Assembly (NCBI GenBank): GCA_951406725.2
Contig: OX597820.1
Span: 35,402,001-35,466,000 of the forward strand
DNA: 64,000 nt
Direction: 5' to 3'
Source: Octopus vulgaris
Lineage: Eukaryota
Positions within the stretch are counted from its first letter, which is position 1, and each line of letters starts with the position of its first letter. Positions 54,406-64,000 of the stretch are shown one piece after another. The notes under the pieces are model-generated. The model saw only the letters and a program-made list of their open reading frames with translations, was not told the DNA's origin and did not search any database. The translations under genes were made by a program, and so were the position numbers.

Positions 54406-54453
<48 letters not shown>

Positions 54454-54472
54454 AAACTGACTTATTGGAAGT

Positions 54473-54515
54473 CCACCTGAAGATTGTCGATCAAGACAAG
54501 AAACAATTGTAGTGG
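54473..54515 (+). ncRNA. Type I hammerhead ribozyme
   Basis: CCAC CTGAAGA TTGTC-GATCAA-GACAA GAAA CAATTG TA GTGG: perfect stems, palindromic stem III, GUA site; inside a ~240-bp insert in (TA)n. Confidence 0.88.
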
Positions 54516-54689
54516 CGGTTTTTTTTTACTTTTTATTAAAATTTGATGTATTGATTAAGTCTTTCCTTGTTTGTTTTGCAAAATAGTGGTTTTGTCTCTA
54601 ATAATATTATATAATATTTTACTATAAAATTGGATTTAATCCTAAATCTGATTTTTTTCCCTGTAAATTTGGATTTATTCCCTAATATT

Positions 54690-54726
<37 letters not shown>

Positions 54727-54727
<1 letters not shown>

Positions 54728-54933
54728 GAAGGGGTGCTGAGAAGTTCTTGGCTTTGCGTAAAAGAAAATACAGGAGGATCCGTTAATTATGATTTTATTC
54801 AACATATTCTCCTCCGAGACTCACTCAGTTATTGCAGCGGTCTTCTGAGCCCCGTAAAAGAAATCGGAAGGTTAGACTCCAGCCAGGCCTTTTGCGATAC
54901 CCTTAAAACCAGGAACCTTTCAGCACTCCCTCG
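54727..54933. mobile_element. Mariner-derived MITE
   Basis: Imperfect TIRs CGAAGGGGTGCTGAGAAGTTCTTGGCTTT / AAAACCAGGAACCTTTCAGCACTCCCTCG. Confidence 0.75.
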
Positions 54934-55030
54934 TGTGTGTGTATGTATATATATAAATATATATATATATATATAGTATACATAAATCGTAGCATCTGTG
55001 TATATAATGACTAACGCATATATATATATA

Positions 55031-55998
55031 TTGGGTTGTCCGGGAAGTTCGTTCTGATTTTTAAAAGAAAGAAAAGGGTCAATAAATACTTGCCATTACA
55101 TTTTTAATCAACTAAATATGAACCATTTTGTTGCACAATGCGTCTCCATCTTTCCTTTAACTTGAAAATACCCTCTTCCCAGAATTGAGGTGGTTTCATG
55201 GCAAAGAATTCATCAAGGTATCTTTTTACGTCATACAAGTGATTTTTTTACCATTAAGACTATTCTGCAGAGACTTGAATAAGTGGAAATCCGAAGGATC
55301 AATATCTGGTGAATATGGAGGGTGGGATAACACATCCCAGCCGAGCTGTAGCAATTTTTGTCTGGTTCCCAAAGAAACGTGCAGAAACGTACACCCTTCC
55401 TTTTGGCCAATTCTGGACGTTTCTCTTGGATTGCTGCTTTTAACTCGTCCAGTTGTGTGCAGTATTTCTCAGAATTAATTGTCTGGTTATTTGGGAGAAA
55501 CTCATATAACAGAATTCCTTTCCAATCACACCAGACACAAAGCAGGACTTTTTTAAGGTGAAGACCCACTTTTGGTATGGCTAAGGGTGGCTTATGTCGC
55601 TTACTCCAAGATCGCTTTCTCTGAACATTTCGATAGATAATCCATTTCTCATCACCTGTCGCAATTTGCTTTAAAAAAGGCACGTTAACATTCTGTTTAT
55701 AAAGCGAATCACAGATGGAAATGCGATCCACTTCCGTACAGTTCTTTCGGATAAAGAAACATCGCCGTAAACTGCGCATATTTCTTTGGTTGCTTGTGAG
55801 ACATTTTTCCCTTTATGGAAAAAGAAAAGCATCAAGTGCCGAAAATGAACTTTCTTAAAGGGTTACAGAATTAACACAGGTTAAACTGTGCTCTAAATGG
55901 AAGTGTAGTCAAATCCTATTTTGTGGACTCAACCATGTTCTAAAATAAGTCGAAAGGTAAGCCACTATAAATCGGCACGAACTTTCCGGACAACCCAA
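55031..55998 (-). mobile_element. Mariner element, internally deleted transposase pseudogene
   Basis: 30-bp TIRs TTGGGTTGTCCGG(G/A)AAGTTCGT.C.GATTT flanked by TA; ORF has FLKQIATGDEKWIIYRN..KKVLLCVWCDWKGILLYEFLP..TINSEKYCTQL; HPPYSPDIDPSDFHLF in another frame. Confidence 0.95.
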
Positions 55999-56020
55999 TA
56001 TATATATATATATATATACA

Positions 56021-56498
56021 CACAATTCTGTAAATAATAGTAATAGTATTTTATAAGTTTAACGTTTATAAGCGATCACCACATATAAGCCCTCGACAGA
56101 AAAAAAGTAGGTTTTTCCCGGTACGCGTGGGACTCGAACCCACACCTCTTTGTTAATGCGATCAGTGGGCTACCATTACACCAACGGATCAACCTGCTTC
56201 GTTCTGTCAGGTTTAAGAACTACAATTAGTTCGTAGTTGTTTTTGTAAACAAATTTTCATGTGCTTTCACTGCGATGGTTTTGTTAAGCAGCGTCGATCT
56301 TTACAATTCTGTAATTAATAATAATAGTATTTTATAAGCGATCGCCGCACAATGTCTAAAGAAAATAATGTAATAATGGGGCATATAAGCCCCTCGACAG
56401 AAAAAAAGTAGGTTTTCCCCGTACGAATGCGACTCGAACTCACACCTCTTTGTTAACGCGACCTGCTTATTTCTGTCGTGGGCTTATATGCCCCATTA
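56021..56498. repeat. Partial tandem + inverted repeat containing a tRNA-like segment (56120-56189, -)
   Basis: CAATTCTGTAA..ATAAGCC..TCGACAGAAAAAAAGTAGGTTTT..GACTCGAAC recurs ~290 bp apart; terminal inversion CTGTCGTGGGCTTATATGCCCCATTA. Confidence 0.7.
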
Positions 56499-57182
56499 CT
56501 AGACTATATATTTATTTATTTATTTATTTATCTATTTATTTATTTGCACACATGCGCACACCATCACACACATGCACGTGTATGTGTGTGTCCCTTAATG
56601 TGTGTATGCGTATACATTTGTGCAGAGGCCTAAGCCTACGCCATTTTTTCACATTGTTACGTCACTAAACTATCCATTCGACTATATTGTCATTCCGTCC
56701 GCGTGTCTTTGACATTTCATTTGAAACCCTCTGTGGTACCATATATCTCTCTACATATCTCTACATTTCTTTGATTCTTTCCTTTTTTATTTTTTGCCCT
56801 TTTTATATAATTTTTCCTCCATTAAACATATTTTCTTTTTCTTTTGTTCACCCCCTTCCTCTCTCTGTTCATCTCTCTATCTGTTTCTCTCTCCCACTTT
56901 CTATCTCAATTTCCCTAAGACAGGTCTCTCAGTAAACATACTCAGTTAATCAATAATGGTTAATGATTAATTACTAATTGCAATGGAGCAAAAGTAATGA
57001 TTACAGTGAGATGACACTCACACTCCGGTTCAGTTTCTATTCCCGGTTCAAGCCAATGAAATTAAAGCATGAGGGCGATGGCGTTGGTGTTGGTGGTGGT
57101 GATAATGGGAATGGTGGTTGCGGTTATATAGATGATGACGTTGACAATGAAGACGATGACGACGACGACGACGATGATGATG

Positions 57183-57227
<45 letters not shown>

Positions 57228-57425
57228 TGGACGGTGATGATGATGATGATGAGGAGGAGGAGGAGGAGAGGAGGAGGGGAGGAGTGGGAGGAGGAGGAGG
57301 ATGTGCAGCAGCATACATAGAAATAGCAAGGGTGAAAATAGAGGGAGTGAAATGAGACAAAACCTAAAAATAGTGTACAAAATATATGAAAGTATGTATA
57401 ATGTATTTCTTCTGATGCAGGACAG

Positions 57426-57533
57426 CCTTCAACTAGTGCCAATCAAAGAAACCCAGAGACCCAGAAATCCTTCAACTAGTGCCAATCAAAGAAACCCAGA
57501 AACCCAGAAATCCTTCAACTAGTGGTAATCAAA
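57426..57533 (+). repeat. 43-bp minisatellite, 2.5 copies
   Basis: CCTTCAACTAGTGCCAATCAAAGAAACCCAGA.ACCCAGAAAT at 57426, 57469, 57512 (partial). Confidence 0.9.
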
Positions 57534-57689
57534 AAATCAAGAAGCTTCTCTAGTACACATCAACCAGTTCGTTGTCATCGATGCCTAGATTTTTCCCGAG
57601 AATATCATCAATCTTACCCACCGTTAGTTAGTCCTCTATATGTTGCTCACTTGGAAGAGCAATATATAGAACATGAACATCTGGCGAGA

Positions 57690-58325
57690 TTCCATGCGCC
57701 ATGGGCCCAGCCTTGGTCTTTGCTTTGTCCAGGACTACGGAAAGACGAGCTATACAGAAAAGCTTGTTTTACACCAACTGACTATCCAGGAAATTGTTCA
57801 TGAGTCGCAGCCTCAGTGCGTGCCAGCGCCTCAGTAACCACAGCATGCCGAGCCAGCTTTCTCGAAAGGAGCTGACAAAAGATGAAGCGCCTGATCACTG
57901 CGACACGTCCTTTGTACAGGAAGTAGAACATCAAATGCTACAATATCATCAGATAAGATAAGGGGCTGGATACGACGATCAGACAATTAATTTCGATGGA
58001 TTTCGTCATCTCGGGTTAGCCTTTCAAGGATTGCTTTCTCCCTGTCAATATCTGTTTGAAATTGGTCACTCTGCTCGTGACTTCGTTTCAGTTGCTGCTC
58101 TACTAGTGACTAACCAGACCTCGAGCAATTTAACCGATTCGTTGTCATAGTGACTAACGATAGCTATTCGACTCACCACTCCAAACGCCAAACTATAAAC
58201 CAACTGTCTTCTCCAGATTTATCTTTCTTTTACAATCGCCGCATATTCCTTTAAAATGGTTCTAGCCACCTCCACAGTGACGACAGACATAGTTCACATA
58301 GACCGACAGAGACCTCTCCTATCCT
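57690..58325 (-). mobile_element. L1/Tx1-clade LINE reverse-transcriptase relic
   Basis: Minus-strand translation: SVYVNYV (decayed YADD), KINLEKTVGL.FGVW, VKLLEVW, EVTSRV..GRKQSLKG, FYFLYKGRVAVIRR, LGMLWLLRRWHALRL. Confidence 0.75.
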
Positions 58326-58870
58326 AGTTCGAAAGGTGCGCTCCTCAAGAATTTCATGTACCTGAGTAGTACTTTATTTTATTGACTTGGAAAAGACGAA
58401 GGGTAATGTTGATCTCGGCGAAATTTCAACTCCGAACATAAAGACCCGGAACGAACGTTGCAATGTAATTTTGCCAATACTCTAGCAATCTTGCCAAGAC
58501 TACTATTAATACTCTCTTCTGATTGAGAGGTAATCGATCACATGAACCCCAGTACTTGATGGATATTCTTTTATCGACTTCAAAAGGATGAAAAACAAAG
58601 TCGACCTCAGCGGAACGTGAACTCAGAATGTAATACCCGAAGAAATGCCTCTAAGCATTTTGTCCAGTGAGGACGACTTAGCCTCCCATTCTGAGTTCAA
58701 ATTCCGATGAGGTCGACTTTCTCTTTCGTTCTTTCATGGTCGATGAAATAAATATTAGTTAAGCACACTGGTCGATGTAGCCGACTGAACCCCAATAACA
58801 GGAATGATTACTATTATTACGACCATGACTATTATTACGACCAGATGTAGGTGATAATGATGGTAATAAC

Positions 58871-58968
<98 letters not shown>

Positions 58969-59678
58969 GGATAAAGCTGATGATGATGATGACGACGACG
59001 ACGACAACGACGAAGATCAAGATGATGAATACGGTTATGATGATGATGATGATGATATTAAGAAATTTTACGAATGAAGCCAAGAAAAAAGAGTTAACCA
59101 TTAAGGAATCAAAACAACATTTGTTTTAGCATCAGGTGATGTAAATGGTGATGAATGAATGAGAAGGAGTGGTTGGTAGTAGGCGGAGGCAGCTAATAAA
59201 AAACGATTTCTTTATTTGAGAGACACAGAACAGTCACAGGCTTGTAGATACCACGTGATATTACGTGATTCTCTTGGTTGATTTACTTCACTTAGCAGAC
59301 ATTATAGTTTATTACCTCACTCACTACTTCTTCTGACTATGTCTCTCACCAACCCTCTCTCTCCCTCTTTTTCTCTCTCCTTCTCTCTCTCTCTCTCTTT
59401 CTCTCATACACACACACACACATAGACACGCACAATCCCCTTTCCAACGATGTCGAAACAAATTCCCCCAAGAAATACCAGGCACACCGCTGATACCCGG
59501 ATATGTTTAAGCCAATAGCAATCCCCTGCTAGAGTGGGCTATGAATATGATGTGCAAAAATATGAGAATATGACCTTAAATGCTTCACCAGTTTGTGTTA
59601 TTATGTTAGACATAGCCTTGGGACAAACTGGTCAAAACCTATCAAGGTGTGCACATGGGTCTAATATAACATATACAT

Positions 59679-59743
<65 letters not shown>

Positions 59744-59764
59744 GTGTGTGTGTGCGTGTGTATA

Positions 59765-60745
59765 CAGGAGTTTGACTAAATAATGGAAACACCTAGCATC
59801 ATAGTATCATAATCTTGAAATATCTATAAAACCGCCAAAAGCTTGTTTACTTGTATGTTTTTTATTTATTATTAATGTTGCTTAATATGTTTTGCTAAAA
59901 TTGCTGTTTCTTTTCAGATATCAACAGAAAAAAATAATTAAAATTCATTAAAATGACAGATCTATCAGACTTTCAAAGAGGTCAAATTGTTGATGCTCGT
60001 TTGGCAGGCGTTAGCGTAACGAGAACAACCGAAATGTTTGGTGTATCAAGAAGTACTGTCGCGAAAGTAATGACAGCCTTTGAGAAAGAGGTAAAAACCT
60101 CCTCGTCGAAACAAAACTCCGGAAGAAAACCAAAACTTTCAGATAGGGGCCGTCGGACTCTTACGTGAATTGTTAGAAAGGATCATCAAAGTGCAGCTCC
60201 CAAAATTACTGCAGAGCTTAATAACCACCTCGAGAACCCAGTTTCCCTAAAAACTGTACGCCGGGAGCTACACAAAACCGGATTTCACGAGAGGGTTACA
60301 ATCAGAAAACCACTACTTTCAAAAACAACCGTTGCAAACCATTTAGAGTGGAGTAAAAACCTACAAAATTGGTTCCTAGAGCAGTGGAAGAATGTTATTT
60401 TCTCGCACGAGTCATCCTTTACCGTATATCCGACTACCGGCCGAGTATATGTGTGGAAACAGCTAAAAGAAGCATTTGACCCAGACTGTTAAACATAGAG
60501 GAGGATCTGTGATGATTGGAGGGGGGGGGCTATATCTTGGAAATCTGCCTCCACCATCATCACCACAAGAAATGGAGACTGTTTTAGCTGAAGAATGGAC
60601 AAAACCCCTTTGAAAACAATCCAAACTTTGTACGAGTTCATACTTCGTAGAATTCAAACTGTAATTACTGCCAAAAGCGGTCCTACCCCATATTAAATTA
60701 AATTTGTTTGAAATTTTAAGGTGTTTCCATTATTTTGTCCAACCC

Positions 60746-60748
<3 letters not shown>
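59765..60748 (+). mobile_element. Tc1 element, internally deleted transposase pseudogene
   Basis: TIRs CAGGAGTTTGACTAAATAATGGAAACACCT / AGGTGTTTCCATTATTTTGTCCAACCCCTG flanked by TA; MTDLSDFQRGQIVDARLAG..GRKPKLSDR, WKNVIFSHESSF, RIQTVITAKSGPTPY. Confidence 0.95.
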
Positions 60749-60804
<56 letters not shown>

Positions 60805-61024
60805 TGTATGTATGTATACATGTCTCACCACAGTCAAAATGACCAATCCCACAAATTTTCAGAACTTTTAGGATTTTATCCATTTTCCCGCTTTCACCTT
60901 TATGTTCCAGAGAAAATTCGTGGGTTGGTAATTTTGACTGCTACATTTAGCATGCCGATACTGCTTGTTAATACCCTTAACTATATATCCAGACAGAGAG
61001 ACGGATGGATGGTTAGATAATAGG

Positions 61025-61124
<100 letters not shown>

Positions 61125-61657
61125 TAGTGTTGTTACCTTTTCCCTAGTTCTCGTCATCATGTCGTTACATATACGCATGCATAAACACACACACATACAC
61201 ACTAATATTTATGAATGTATGTATGCATATATATATATATATTTGTGTGTGTGTGTGTATGCATCTGTGTGGCGTGTATGCATCTTTGTTTATACATATA
61301 TATACACATGTGTGTGTGTGCTTGTATGCATATATATATAAACACTCCTGTCACAACCTAGGACCTTGAAGACTGCTTTAATGCAAGAATCTATACTAGT
61401 CCCTTAATATTTTATATTCGATATGTCATCTATTCAATAAGACAATCAATACTTCATTTCATTTTACTATATATATATATATATATATTATTTTTACTAT
61501 ATATTTTATATTCTACCCCAGTACTAGTTTTTTGAGCCTGGTACTTATTTTATTGACCTCTTAGGTCGAATCGTTAAGTTACGAGGACGTTAACAAACCG
61601 ACACTGGTTATCAGGCGTTACTAGGGACCTAACAGAAACACAAGGACTTCTACAGAA

Positions 61658-61719
<62 letters not shown>

Positions 61720-61987
61720 GGAGAGAGAGGGGGAGAGAGGTACACAACGTGTTTCTACAAAGTTTTGTGATTGGATTTAGTTGACGGAAACTGAGAGCAG
61801 CCCGTAGTATATATATATATAGTCGAGATACAATTGAATTAAGTACTTAAGTTGAAGCGCTAAGTCAGTGTGGTATTATCTGTACAACTCCAAGTAAAAT
61901 CAAAATAAGCAACAGGATATCAAGAGTCGTACAGCATCACTGCTTGATATCCCGTTGGTTATTTTGATATATATATGTATATATATA

Positions 61988-62031
<44 letters not shown>

Positions 62032-62035
<4 letters not shown>

Positions 62036-62308
62036 CGTGATCACCGTGACCGACCAGGCTATCAGATGTTGCTACACATCGCTGGTCACAATGCGCTTCG
62101 CATTGTTTTAGCCTTCAAATGACGCCACCCCGTGAGAGAAAGTTGTGGCGAAAGAGTACAGCAGGGATCGCCACCACCCCCTGTCGGAGACTCGTGGAGC
62201 TTTAGGTGTTTTCGCTCAATAAACACTCACAACGCGCGGTCTGGGAGTCGAAACTGCGATCCTACGACCGCGAGTCCGCTGCCTTAACCACTGGGCCATT
62301 GCGCCTCC
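62032..62308 (-). mobile_element. SINE family D head with an alternative tail
   Basis: Head matches 3454; tail matches the orphan segment at ~2608-2705 (+). Confidence 0.8.
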
Positions 62309-62887
62309 ATATATATATATATATATGTATGTATGTATGTACCCCCACACACACAAATATATATATTTATATGCAAATATATCTATGTAATCTATGTATA
62401 TATATCTATGAGTAAATATGTCTATGTTTGTTCCCCACTACCACTTTACAACCGGTGTCGGTGGGTTTACGTCCCGGTACCTTAGTGGTTCGGCTAAATA
62501 GCCTGATAGAATAAGTACTAAGCTTTAAGAAAAATCGATTCGTTCGACCAGAAATTCAAGGCGGTGCCCCAAAATAGCCGCAATCAGATGTCTGAAATAA
62601 GTAATAAAGGCTACATATGTGTATATATGCAAATATTCTATAATTATAAACATAATTATAATTAGGGGTCAACTAATTGCTTCACCACATACCGAATTTA
62701 GAAATAGGAGTTAAAAATTCCTTTTCTACTACTGTAAGAATCTCCATGACGGTAACACCCTTTTTTACGTAGGCAAAGAGAAAAAAATGAATCAACACGA
62801 CTCCGATTACCCACAGACGCGTTACGAGATTAAAGTGTATATGTATATATATATATGTATGTGTGTGTGTTTTTGTGTTTGTGTGTG

Positions 62888-62927
<40 letters not shown>

Positions 62928-62932
62928 TACAT

Positions 62933-62988
<56 letters not shown>

Positions 62989-63158
62989 ATAATAAATATT
63001 AGGGAATAAATCCAAATTTACAGGGAAGTTAATATTTAACATTATAGTCGATTTCGATATAATCGTATTTAATAATAGAGTTTATTATAAGTAAATTTTT
63101 ATTTAGATTATATAGATTATTTATATCTTAAAAATATTGATTATATTTTAGGTTTTGA

Positions 63159-63219
63159 AACCACCTGAAGAATGTCTCAAAGATGTGCTGAAATAAGACA
63201 TGAAACGATCGTAGTGGTT
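63159..63219 (+). ncRNA. Type I hammerhead ribozyme
   Basis: AACCAC CTGAAGA ATGTCT..AGACAT GAAA CGATCG TA GTGGTT; same repeat family as 54473. Confidence 0.88.
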
Positions 63220-63324
63220 ATTTATAATTGTTAAATTTCTAAATTTATATAAATTATTTTATGTATTGGCTTAAGTCTTTCTTTGTTTGATTTGCATAAT
63301 AGGGGTTTTGTCTCTAATTTAATA

Positions 63325-63403
<79 letters not shown>

Positions 63404-63446
63404 AATAAATGGTGGGGTTGTGTTGACCGCACGTGGAGAAATGATA

Positions 63447-63628
63447 AGTAAGGAAAAATTTTTTTAAAAATGCAGAATGCTCAAATGAAAGAAAATTTTA
63501 ATAAAATCAGAAATTGATAAAATATATAAATATATATTTTTATTATATATTTATATATTTTATCAATTTCTCATTTTATTAAAATTTTCTTTCATTTGAG
63601 CATTCTGCATTTAAAAAAAAATTTTCCT

Positions 63629-63632
<4 letters not shown>
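63447..63632. repeat. Near-perfect ~186-bp palindrome between microsatellites
   Basis: AGTAAGGAAAA..ATGCAGAATGCTCAAATG.. mirrored around ~63540. Confidence 0.9.
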
Positions 63633-63665
<33 letters not shown>

Positions 63666-64000
63666 AGTGACTATCTGGTAAGTAGCTTGCTTACGAACCA
63701 CATGGTTCCGGGTTCAGTCACACTGCGTGGCACCTTGAGCAAGTGTTTTCTACTATAGCCTCGGGCCGACCAAAGCCTTGTGAGTGGAAGTGGAGGAATC
63801 AAAATAGAACTGAGACAAGTAAGGATATTGTATTTGCAGTTCCATTATTTATGCAGAGTAGTGTATATGTAAGTTTCCTGTACCTTGTGTGTGAGTTCAA
63901 GTGCTGTTTATAACAGGTCATTCCAAGCATAGAATCTTGTAAACGGTGTTATTCGATCGAGGGTTTATGTATGTATGTATGTATGTATGTATGTATGTAT

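Overview
AT-rich, repeat-saturated eukaryotic (animal) DNA with no confidently identifiable intact host gene; nearly all long ORFs in the supplied track are translations of microsatellites. The repeat landscape ((AT)n/(AC)n/(AGAT)n/(TAA)n/(GAA)n tracts plus at least four tRNA-headed SINE families) resembles an octopus/coleoid cephalopod genome (my recognition, not verified). Decayed transposon relics include Dong/R4-type, CR1-group, RTE and L1/Tx1 LINE fragments, a hAT (SPIN/Charlie-like) transposase pseudogene, mariner and Tc1 elements with TIRs, MITEs, and Penelope-like (PLE) fragments including a GIY-YIG endonuclease between inverted pLTR copies. The most notable signal is a dense set of type I hammerhead-ribozyme motifs (about 8 well formed plus several decayed, from several unrelated repeat families), mostly embedded in (TA)n tracts. 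These include a young 353-bp tandem-plus-inverted array (5926-7165) with one hammerhead per unit, which looks like a retrozyme-type (circRNA-producing) non-autonomous retroelement. All structures and homologies were read by eye; boundaries of decayed elements are approximate.
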